From assembly GCA_028289185.1 (NCBI GenBank), contig JAQGGV010000003.1:1-37568 (forward strand): 37,568 nt of DNA, written 5' to 3'. Source of the DNA: Candidatus Saccharimonadota bacterium (GTDB lineage: Bacteria > Patescibacteriota > Saccharimonadia > Saccharimonadales > Saccharimonadaceae). A program made the translations under genes and the position numbers. Positions 6,856 to 14,637 of the stretch are shown here, one piece after another. The notes beneath the pieces were generated by a model that did no database searches, was not told where the DNA came from, and saw only the letters and a program-made list of their open reading frames with translations. Numbering within the stretch: the stretch's first letter is position 1; every line of letters begins with the position of its first letter.

Positions 6856-8810
6856 AGATCTTAACCCCTATCAAACAACTAATTCATAGTCCCAGCCTGC
6901 AGATGCGTTTTTTGCTGCGCGTGTTATTGCCACCGTTCCTGCTCCTCCTCGTTCTTTGTGTTGCCGCTTACGTCTTCATTAGTAGCACGGTACGCAAGTC
7001 TGAGCTCGACAGCCTGGGGCGGGCGGCTGTGACCACTAGCGCCAAGCTGGATCGTGAATTCGCAATACGCCAAACGATACTACGCAGTACCGGTGCCGAA
7101 TTATTCGCGACAAAAAGCGAATATGGTGATAAACGCACAGAACTAGACCACGATTATGCTGCCTGCCGGGCGTTCATTGGGTCGAATGCGAAATATACCG
7201 CTGCACCCGACGCTGTATGTAGTCCGTTTTACGCTCAAATCGCCGTTGCCAAGGCCAACGGAACAGGCGTCCCTCAGGCGGTTGATAGCGGCTATGCAGT
7301 CGAGGTACAGGACCAGTCCACGCTTGAGCAGAAAGCGATCAACGACAGGCTCTCGGCTGTCACCGAGTATTTCCCCGAAACGTCGAAGCTACTTGTCGTC
7401 GACAAAATTGGCGCCACTGTGAGCAGGGCAGATAGTGGTAAGGCCCTATCGGAAGCGGCGGCCAAGCGCATTGACGAATTAACGAAGGAGGCCTTGAAAG
7501 AGCCAGTCGAGGCTCAGCTCGTCCAGGATGGTGACCTGAGGAAAATCGTGTTCGCATATCCAATTGACCAAGGTGCGGTCATTGCCGTATACGATCTCGA
7601 TAATGCGAAATTTCTCTATCCATCATGGAAATCTGCACCGATCGACAACGCCAAGGCATATGTCGTGGTTGCAGATGAAGAAAGCGGAGCGGGCTACCCG
7701 CAATTAAATGGGTCGGCATTGTACCTACCAGTGCTACGCGGGAGCAAGGCTGGCGAACAGACGAGTTTTACGAGTTCCGGCATTGAATACCTAGCAACGT
7801 CTGAAAGGATCGGCCAATCTGCTTGGCGTGTTATCGTTGCCTCGCCATCTGCTATTGCTCTTGGCGCTCTCGCCTCTGGGCAGATCATAGCGGTTGGCAT
7901 CATCGGGCTGTTGCTCGTCAGCTTTCTGCTGGTTGGCTCACTGTTCGTGCGTCGGACGGTTGATAGTATCCTTGGGCTTGTTGGAGGCGCGGTGTTATTT
8001 TCGACCGGCGAACTGGACCACCAGATTGACACGGTGACTATGAGCGACAAAGAGTTCTCTCAATTGGCTGAGATTATGAATAACATGGCAAAGAAAATCC
8101 AAGAGGCTGAAGCTGAAATCGACCAAAAAAATAAAGAATTCATCAGTGTTGCTACACATGAAATTCGGGCACCACTAACGGCTATTATTGGCAATCTGTC
8201 GATGATGGTTGATGACGGCATGGGCACGCTCGATGACACTGCAAAGGGGCTGACCACCACCGCGTATACATCAACAGTTCGACTTCGTGATTTGGTGAAC
8301 GAGCTTCTGGATATCGCGAGGCTGGAGTCCGGACGAGCAACATTTACTATCGAGCAGATTGATATCGGCAAGGCAATCTCCAGTATGGTAGAACTACAGC
8401 GAACAACGGCGATAGAAAAGGGTATTACTGTCGAGTATGTGCCCCCAGCGCAGCCCGTTATGGCCATGGCGGATAAGACCAAGCTCGAGATTGTGCTGAC
8501 GAATTTTATCAGTAACGGTATCAAATACAATCGGCCGAACGGCTCGGTGACAATCTCGCATGAAATCAAGGGTCAAACGATAGAAATTACCATACGTGAT
8601 ACGGGTCTTGGCATACCGCAGGACCAGCAGGCAAAAATGTTCCAGAAGTTCTTCCGTGTTGAACACGAGGATCGCGCGAAAGTTCAAGGTACGGGCCTTG
8701 GCATGTATGTCACCAAGCAGTTCATCGAGGGTATGGGTGGTCGGCTATGGTTTGAATCAGTGCATGGCGAGGGAACGGCGTTTCACTTTACTCTGCCTAC
8801 TAAGCCGTAG
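6849..8810 (+). CDS. Sensor histidine kinase (two TM, extracytoplasmic domain, HAMP-like, HisKA, HATPase_c)
   Basis: H-box SVATHEIRAPLTAI, N-box NFISNGIKYN, G1 DTGLGI, G2 GTGLGMYV. TM segments lie near the N-terminus and at about residue 340-365. No response regulator is adjacent. Confidence 0.85.
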   Translation: MLKILTPIKQLIHSPSLQMRFLLRVLLPPFLLLLVLCVAAYVFISSTVRKSELDSLGRAAVTTSAKLDREFAIRQTILRSTGAELFATKSEYGDKRTELDHDYAACRAFIGSNAKYTAAPDAVCSPFYAQIAVAKANGTGVPQAVDSGYAVEVQDQSTLEQKAINDRLSAVTEYFPETSKLLVVDKIGATVSRADSGKALSEAAAKRIDELTKEALKEPVEAQLVQDGDLRKIVFAYPIDQGAVIAVYDLDNAKFLYPSWKSAPIDNAKAYVVVADEESGAGYPQLNGSALYLPVLRGSKAGEQTSFTSSGIEYLATSERIGQSAWRVIVASPSAIALGALASGQIIAVGIIGLLLVSFLLVGSLFVRRTVDSILGLVGGAVLFSTGELDHQIDTVTMSDKEFSQLAEIMNNMAKKIQEAEAEIDQKNKEFISVATHEIRAPLTAIIGNLSMMVDDGMGTLDDTAKGLTTTAYTSTVRLRDLVNELLDIARLESGRATFTIEQIDIGKAISSMVELQRTTAIEKGITVEYVPPAQPVMAMADKTKLEIVLTNFISNGIKYNRPNGSVTISHEIKGQTIEITIRDTGLGIPQDQQAKMFQKFFRVEHEDRAKVQGTGLGMYVTKQFIEGMGGRLWFESVHGEGTAFHFTLPTKP

Positions 8811-8883
8811 AGGTGTTTAAGCCGGATTTATACGGCCTTTAGGGGATGGAGGCCGATAAACGGATTTACTCCGGTTATCGGTT

Positions 8884-8906
8884 GGAAGGGTTTACCCTTC
8901 CTTTAT
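8884..8906 (+). terminator. Intrinsic terminator (GGAAGGG-N4-CCCTTCC hairpin, copy 2) after the kinase gene
   Basis: GGAAGGG ttta CCCTTCC followed by TTTATTT. It lies between convergent genes. Confidence 0.65.
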
Positions 8907-9947
8907 TTAATACCAGGATTCGTGACGTGACCGCCACCACAAACTCTTGGCGGCTCGCTCGCCAAATTTGATCCACAGCGCGTACTGCCGTGGCCTGACG
9001 ACCAGATCGAATGCACCGACGTAATCGGTCACATGCTTGTTGAAACTGGTTTTGAATCGGCCAACGCCGTAATAGGGGTGTTGCTCGTCATTTATTTGGT
9101 CACTGGATGGGGATCCGTAGAGGTTGTGTTGCTTTGCACCGCGCTCCTTTGCCCAGGCAATGATATGCCATTGCAGCAGGTGGCTGGCGCCATAGGCGGT
9201 TCGTTCGCGCACGCTGGCACCATCTTTGTAGGTGCTTTTTTCGCCAAATACCATGGCGAACGCCGCCGCGACCAACTTGCCGTCGTAATTGGCAAAAAAC
9301 AGCTGACCCATCTCGGCACTAGCGAATGATTGCCATAGTTTTTTGAAATAGTCGTAGGGCCGGATGATAAAGGAACCGCTGGCAGTTTGCTGAAGCAGTT
9401 CATAGAACGCTTCGCAGTTTTTATCGGTTGCTTTCACTCGTTCAACTGTTACACCGTCACGTTCTGCTCTTTTGATAGCATGGCGACCCTTTTGGTTCAG
9501 CCCAGCCATAATTTCGTCGAGTTTTGGCCCTAGATCAATCAGCACGGTGGATGCGTTGGGTTGGATAGCTGCAACGTGTTTTAGCCCCAATTCGTGCAGG
9601 GCTTTCATGGCATCATCGGTCTTTTCCAGTTCGGGCTCAACTTTCACTGCAAAGACGCCGTGCTTGTCCGCAAACGACCGTAAATCAGGCAGTAAATCAC
9701 CAAGCTGGGGCACGGTTGATATGCCCGGTCCCTTGGGGATGTACCAAAAATTACCGAGTCCAGCAACGGGTTTTTCGAGGATTGTCAGTGCAACGCTACC
9801 AGCCAGTACATAGCGTGGTTTCCAATTCCCCATCTCTCGCATATGGGCGAACTGCACGCTCTGTAAAACGTCGCCACCATCGGGATTACCGAGGATTTTG
9901 GTGTTCCAATTATCTATTTCTGAACTGTCTGCGAGTCGCATCGTCAT
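8907..9947 (-). CDS. FemAB-family peptidoglycan bridge-forming transferase (second paralogue)
   Basis: MTMRLADSSEIDNWNTKILGNPDGGDVLQSVQFAHMREMGNWKPRY... resembles FemAB. Start trimmed to ATG 9947, with TACAAT (9954-9959, minus strand) 6 nt upstream. Confidence 0.75.
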   Translation of the reverse strand: MTMRLADSSEIDNWNTKILGNPDGGDVLQSVQFAHMREMGNWKPRYVLAGSVALTILEKPVAGLGNFWYIPKGPGISTVPQLGDLLPDLRSFADKHGVFAVKVEPELEKTDDAMKALHELGLKHVAAIQPNASTVLIDLGPKLDEIMAGLNQKGRHAIKRAERDGVTVERVKATDKNCEAFYELLQQTASGSFIIRPYDYFKKLWQSFASAEMGQLFFANYDGKLVAAAFAMVFGEKSTYKDGASVRERTAYGASHLLQWHIIAWAKERGAKQHNLYGSPSSDQINDEQHPYYGVGRFKTSFNKHVTDYVGAFDLVVRPRQYALWIKFGERAAKSLWWRSRHESWY

Positions 9948-9982
9948 AGAACCATTGTACCGGACCTGATATAGTCTAAGGA

Positions 9983-10417
9983 ATGGGAAATATCTTTTCG
10001 TCGACTGATATCCGCGGATACGTCGGCCAATCACTCACTACAGAATACGTTTGGAACGTCGGTAAGGCGTTCGCTGAATGGTTACCCGAAAAGGGTGCCA
10101 TTGTTGTTGTCCAGGCAGAACTTGCCGATGAGGGTACGGCGCATGCACTTACAGAGGGTATTTTGCTACAGGGTAGAAATGTCATAACGCAAAGCCATGG
10201 CGATCAACCAAAAGTCATTGCTGCAATTATGGAGAACAAGGCTGCTGGCGGTGCACTTATTGAGTACGAAAAAGTTCAAAATCTAGCCGTTATTACATTG
10301 TTTGATGAGCGCGGTGTCGCAATTATGGATAGTACTGGTCTGAGCAACATTAGTGAATTGGTTGATGCAGGGAACTTTCTACCCGCACCTGCTAAGGGTG
10401 AACTTCACGCGGCCTAA
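9983..10417 (+). CDS. Stand-alone PGM/PMM alpha-beta domain I-like protein lacking the phosphoserine loop
   Basis: MGNIFSSTDIRGYVGQSLTTEYVWNVGKAFAEWL...VVVQ resembles the N-terminus of phosphogluco/phosphomannomutases (FGTDGIRG...). Where the T/SASHNP loop is expected the sequence reads GGALIEYEKV. The protein ends after 144 aa. Confidence 0.5.
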   Translation: MGNIFSSTDIRGYVGQSLTTEYVWNVGKAFAEWLPEKGAIVVVQAELADEGTAHALTEGILLQGRNVITQSHGDQPKVIAAIMENKAAGGALIEYEKVQNLAVITLFDERGVAIMDSTGLSNISELVDAGNFLPAPAKGELHAA

Positions 10418-10778
10418 CTGGTCGCACACTTCGGTACGACCCTACAATCCGTTTGATTTCTTGGCGAGTTAGCTGCTTGTTTTCGGTTGTCTCTAGCACT
10501 TCGGGAACGTTTGAATTTACCGCTTGAGCCTTAGCGGCGAGAGCCTCAATGTTTTGGTTCGCTCGATTAATCAGATCAAACTTGGCTTTTTCCTTGGCTG
10601 ATGTCGCCGTGAAGGAGGGGATGTGACTGTAATATTCGGCCATGACAGTATCATACAATTCGCGTGGTTCGCCCTCGGGGAGCTCGTCAGGGTCAAATTG
10701 CTCCCCGGGAGAATCAGACGGTCGATTGAAGTGATCGACAAGTTGCTGGTAGGGAACTGTATCATCGTCCTGGGTCAT
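10392..10778 (-). CDS. Hypothetical acidic protein (128 aa)
   Basis: ORF-track entry only, with no recognisable motif. It converges on the previous gene and overlaps it by 26 nt. Confidence 0.4.
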   Translation of the reverse strand: MTQDDDTVPYQQLVDHFNRPSDSPGEQFDPDELPEGEPRELYDTVMAEYYSHIPSFTATSAKEKAKFDLINRANQNIEALAAKAQAVNSNVPEVLETTENKQLTRQEIKRIVGSYRSVRPVRPREVHP

Positions 10779-10814
10779 GCAACTAACTTACCATAAGTGT
10801 TGTAAAGAGGAAAA

Positions 10815-10841
10815 CTAGCACTCTGGTGTTGCAAGTGCCAA
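10815..10841. promoter_or_regulatory. CIRCE-like HrcA operator upstream of groES
   Basis: CTAGCACTC-N9-AAGTGCCAA against the CIRCE consensus TTAGCACTC-N9-GAGTGCTAA (8/9 and 7/9 matches). It overlaps the putative -35. Confidence 0.6.
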
Positions 10842-10857
10842 TTATTTTGTCTAGAAT
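10829..10857 (+). promoter_or_regulatory. Putative groESL promoter
   Basis: TTGCAA (10829-10834), 17-nt spacer, TAGAAT (10852-10857). Followed by SD GGAGGAG before ATG 10890. Confidence 0.5.
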
Positions 10858-10889
10858 AGAAATAGATTAAAGTTCACGGAGGAGCACAA

Positions 10890-11153
10890 ATGAGTACCCC
10901 AATCAAACCGCTTGCTGACCGTGTGGTCGCTGTTGTTGAGGAAGCAAAGACCAAGACTGCAAGTGGTATCTATCTGCCAGACACGGCCAAGGAACAGCCA
11001 GCGTATGCGGTCGTTGAAGCAGTTGGCCCAGATGTCAAAAGCATCAAAAAAGGCGATAAAATTATTTATAAGCAATACTCGTCAACAGATCTCAAAATCG
11101 ATGGCAAAGAGTACTTAATCGTAAAAGAAGAAGACGTACTGGCGACAGTTTAA
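10890..11153 (+). CDS. groES: Co-chaperonin GroES
   Basis: IKPLADRVVAVVEEAKTKTASGIYLPDTAKEQP...GDKIIY...KIDGKEYLIVKEEDVLA, immediately upstream of groEL. Confidence 0.95.
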   Translation: MSTPIKPLADRVVAVVEEAKTKTASGIYLPDTAKEQPAYAVVEAVGPDVKSIKKGDKIIYKQYSSTDLKIDGKEYLIVKEEDVLATV

Positions 11154-11164
11154 GGAGTTAATTG

Positions 11165-12811
11165 ATGGCAAAAAAAGTATTTTATGATGATGATGCTAGG
11201 GCGCGTGTTCTCGGTGGCGCAAAGGCACTCTATGATGCAGTAAAGGTGACGTACGGACCAAAGGGGCGAAATGTGGTCATTGCCAAGGGCTATGGCGGAC
11301 CGACTGTGACCCATGATGGTGTAACGGTTGCAGAAGCGCTCGACCTCCCAGAACTCGACGACGAAACGCTCGGCTATAAAGTCGGTGCTGAACTTATTAA
11401 ACAAGCCGCCAGCAAACTGAATAAAGTTGCTGGTGACGGTACGACAACCGTCACGGTGTTGACATACAACATCCTCAAGGAAGCCAACCGCCTGATTGCA
11501 GCTGGCCACAACCCGATTGAACTCCGAAAGGGCATCGAGCTGGCTGCCGGTGACATCATCAAACAACTCGACAAGCTAGCCGAAAGTATCGAGGGCAAAT
11601 CGGACCGAGTCGCCGAGGTTGCGACTATCAGCGCCGGTGATGAACAGATTGGCAAGCTCATCGCCAGTGTCATCGAAAAGATTGGCAAGGACGGCATTGT
11701 GACTGTTGAGGCTGGGCAGGGGCTTGAGGTTGAGGCTGAGGTCGTCGAGGGCTTTAGTCTGGACAAAGGTTGGTCATCACCGTTCTTCGTCACAGATGCG
11801 GCTCGCCAGGAAGCAATCTACGAAAAGCCATCAATCATCATTACCGACAAAAAAATCGGTAGCGTTCAGGAATTCCTACCACTTATCGAAAAGCTCGCTG
11901 AAGCCGGCAAAAAGGACGTTGTCCTGATTGCTGACGAAGTCGAAGGCGATGCACTGAGCGTCTTGATCCTGAACAAATTAAAGGGTGTTCTGAATAGCGT
12001 TGCCGTCAAAGCACCGTCATTTGGCGACCGTCGCAAGGACATCCTGCAAGACATCGCAACGCTGACCGGTGGCGTTGTCATCAGTGACGACCAAGGTCTA
12101 ACATTTGAAAATGTCGGCCTCGATGTTATCGGTACGGCTCGTAAAATCATCGTTGGTAAGGATGTAACGACTATTATCGAGGGTGCAGGCAAGCCAAAGA
12201 CAATCACTGATCGCATTAAACAGATTACAGGCCAAGCCCAAAATGCCTCGAGTGAATACGACAAAGAACAGCTAGAGAAACGCGCCGCAGCCCTCAGTGG
12301 CAAAGTTGCCGTCATCAAAGTCGGTGGCGCCACAGAAACCGAAATCGACGAAAAGAAATACCGTGTCGACGACGCAGTGGCTGCAACCAAGGCAGCCTTA
12401 GCCGAGGGCATTGTTGCTGGTGGTGGTGTGACACTGGTCAATCTGGCAGCAACCATCAAGCCGGGCGGAGCCGACAGTATCAGTGCTGGCAAACAAATCC
12501 TCAAGCAGGCACTCCGTGTGCCATTTACTCTGATTACAGCCAATGCCGGTCTTAATAGCGAAGCACTCCTTGCGCAAGTCGAAGCAGCCAAGCCGGGGCA
12601 GGGAATTGATGTGAACAACCCCGAAGCTGGTCTGATTGATGTCAAAAAGGCCGGTGTTATTGATCCTGTGAAGGTCACAAAGGAAGCGGTGCTAAACGCT
12701 GTTTCTATTGCCTCGACTGCGGCTACCATGGGCGCGCTCATCGTCGACATCCCAGAGAAAGAAGACTCATCCGCAGGCGGTGGAATGCCTGGCGGCATGA
12801 GCATGATGTAA
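11165..12811 (+). CDS. groEL: Chaperonin GroEL
   Basis: MAKKVFYDDDARARVLGGAKALYDAVKVTYGPKGRNVVI...AGDGTTTVTVL...VAGGGV... with a C-terminal GGMPGGMSMM tail. AAGGAG lies 7 nt before ATG 11165 (the ORF-track TTG 11162 is less likely). Confidence 0.97.
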   Translation: MAKKVFYDDDARARVLGGAKALYDAVKVTYGPKGRNVVIAKGYGGPTVTHDGVTVAEALDLPELDDETLGYKVGAELIKQAASKLNKVAGDGTTTVTVLTYNILKEANRLIAAGHNPIELRKGIELAAGDIIKQLDKLAESIEGKSDRVAEVATISAGDEQIGKLIASVIEKIGKDGIVTVEAGQGLEVEAEVVEGFSLDKGWSSPFFVTDAARQEAIYEKPSIIITDKKIGSVQEFLPLIEKLAEAGKKDVVLIADEVEGDALSVLILNKLKGVLNSVAVKAPSFGDRRKDILQDIATLTGGVVISDDQGLTFENVGLDVIGTARKIIVGKDVTTIIEGAGKPKTITDRIKQITGQAQNASSEYDKEQLEKRAAALSGKVAVIKVGGATETEIDEKKYRVDDAVAATKAALAEGIVAGGGVTLVNLAATIKPGGADSISAGKQILKQALRVPFTLITANAGLNSEALLAQVEAAKPGQGIDVNNPEAGLIDVKKAGVIDPVKVTKEAVLNAVSIASTAATMGALIVDIPEKEDSSAGGGMPGGMSMM

Positions 12812-12858
12812 CACTTTTCTCTTACATACTGGAAATAACTTATGTTATTATCTCCAGT

Positions 12859-13992
12859 ATGATAGAAAGAACCCTGACCCCTCTTATTCGTTCCCATCTG
12901 GGACGCGGGCGGGTGATTGTCCTCTATGGCCCCCGCCGAGTTGGTAAAACCACGGTTGCACGACAAATACTGGCCGAAGCCCCGACAGAGGATCAGCTAT
13001 ATCTGAACTGCGACGAGATGGTAACGGCCGAGGCCCTGAAGCCGACCAGCCTGGCGGCACTCGAGCGAGTAATAGGTCAGGCGAAACGCATCGTTATCGA
13101 TGAAGCCCAACGAGTGCAGAATATCGGTCTCACGCTCAAATTACTGATTGACACGCATCCCGAACTCGATATTATTGCGACTGGCAGTTCATCGTTTGAT
13201 TTGGCGGGCAAGGTCAAGGAGCCGCTCACAGGCCGTGCTTATGAATTCTTTCTGACGCCACTGTCGGTCGCAGAAATCAAAAGTCATTTTGGCTATAGCA
13301 ACCTCCAGATGGAGACACTGTTTGATCGATTGCTACGTCTTGGCAGCTATCCGGGCATTGTCCTGACAGATGATAACCGTGCCGACGAGGAAATTATTGC
13401 CCTTGCCAATAACTATGTCTACAAGGACAGTCTAGAGCTAGTCGAGTTACGTCAGCGTCAACTTTTGCCGCGTCTCTTGCAGGCCCTCGCGCTCAAGATA
13501 GGCGAGGAGGTGTCCTACAACGAACTAGGGTTGATGTTCGGGGTAAAAGTCGAAACTATCGAGCGCTACATCACGCTACTGGAAATGGCCTTCGTCGTCT
13601 ATCGTTTGCCAGCACTGACGGGTACAGAAAAGGGAATGCTAAGTAATCGCAAGCGTAAAGTCTACTTCTATGACCTTGGTATTCGCAACGCACTCATACA
13701 GTCGCTTCAGCCGCTCGACCTGCGTGCTGACCGTGACGCTCTGTGGGAGAATTTCTGCATGAATGAACGCATGAAGCACTGGCAAGCAAACGATCAGCGT
13801 GTTCAACGTTACTACTGGCGTGCGCTGTCTCATGAGCTTGATTTGATTGAAGCCAAAGACGATATATATAATGCCTATGATTTTGCCTACACAGACAAAA
13901 AGCTCACAACACCGAAGTACTTTACCGATACGTATCCAGATGTGTCAGCTCAACTCATTCACACAGGCAATCTTTTAACGTGGCTTAGTTGA
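12859..13992 (+). CDS. AAA-family ATPase with a DUF4143-like C-terminal domain
   Basis: Walker A GPRRVGKTT and Walker B IVIDEAQRV. The overall layout resembles the AAA_14/DUF4143 family. Confidence 0.7.
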   Translation: MIERTLTPLIRSHLGRGRVIVLYGPRRVGKTTVARQILAEAPTEDQLYLNCDEMVTAEALKPTSLAALERVIGQAKRIVIDEAQRVQNIGLTLKLLIDTHPELDIIATGSSSFDLAGKVKEPLTGRAYEFFLTPLSVAEIKSHFGYSNLQMETLFDRLLRLGSYPGIVLTDDNRADEEIIALANNYVYKDSLELVELRQRQLLPRLLQALALKIGEEVSYNELGLMFGVKVETIERYITLLEMAFVVYRLPALTGTEKGMLSNRKRKVYFYDLGIRNALIQSLQPLDLRADRDALWENFCMNERMKHWQANDQRVQRYYWRALSHELDLIEAKDDIYNAYDFAYTDKKLTTPKYFTDTYPDVSAQLIHTGNLLTWLS

Positions 13993-14046
13993 CGCCACCG
14001 CCGTAATCCGGTAGTGTTTAGAGAGAAGTAAACGAGGGGAATTATA

Positions 14047-14451
14047 ATGCCGCCAGCAGATAGCAGCACGCCTGCACCGACACCAGCACCGGAAACGCCT
14101 AAAAAGGTAAGTTTTTGGTCAAAACTTTTTGGAGGCAAAAAGGCCGCCGCACCAGCCGTACCAGAAAATCATGAATCACAGACACCAGCACCGCAACTCG
14201 ATGATAATACTACCGCCGCACCCGCAACAACCGAGGAAACAGCTGCTCCAAGCAACGAAGGCGAACAACTTCCGCCTACAGTAGAGACTCCGCCCTCTGT
14301 CGAGGGGACTCCAGCACCCGAGAACAACGATACGCCTCCAACATTGGCATCTCCACCAGTTCCTGAAGAGACTAGCGAACCAGCGCCAACCGACGACGAA
14401 CAAACACCGCCGACTGTACCGCCTGCAGGTCCAACACAACCAATCGTCTAA
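14047..14451 (+). CDS. Pro/Thr/Glu-rich low-complexity protein (134 aa)
   Basis: ORF track, with SD-like GAGGGG upstream. One short amphipathic segment (KKVSFWSKLFGGKK), otherwise predicted disordered. Confidence 0.5.
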   Translation: MPPADSSTPAPTPAPETPKKVSFWSKLFGGKKAAAPAVPENHESQTPAPQLDDNTTAAPATTEETAAPSNEGEQLPPTVETPPSVEGTPAPENNDTPPTLASPPVPEETSEPAPTDDEQTPPTVPPAGPTQPIV

Positions 14452-14469
14452 TTCATCCTCGATTATAAT

Positions 14470-14501
14470 GAGACTCCACCCACAGAGGTGGAGTCTTTGT
14501 T
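14470..14501 (+). terminator. Intrinsic terminator
   Basis: GAGACTCCACC cacaga GGTGGAGTCT followed by TTGTT. Confidence 0.7.
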
Positions 14502-14637
14502 GACAAGTTGCATTTTCTGTGGAACTAAGCTCTAGGGTATTGACAATTTATAGCGTTTATGCTAGTCTTCAGATAGAAGTTTTTCAAAACAAAAAACAAA
14601 ACAATAAAAAAAGTTAGCACCTTATAGGACCACCATC

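Noticed and set aside
8060-8569. 169-aa ORF antisense to the histidine kinase gene, and similar antisense ORFs at 14958..15479, 25974..26417 and 27072..27473
   Set aside because: All lie inside well-supported genes on the opposite strand, lack expression signals and have shadow-like compositions.
11866-12966. 366-aa ORF antisense to groEL
   Set aside because: It lies almost entirely within the confidently identified groEL gene on the opposite strand. Its product is low-complexity and Ala/Ser/Pro/Thr-rich, as expected for a shadow ORF of a GC3-biased, Ala/Gly/Val/Lys-rich gene. It has no SD or promoter of its own.
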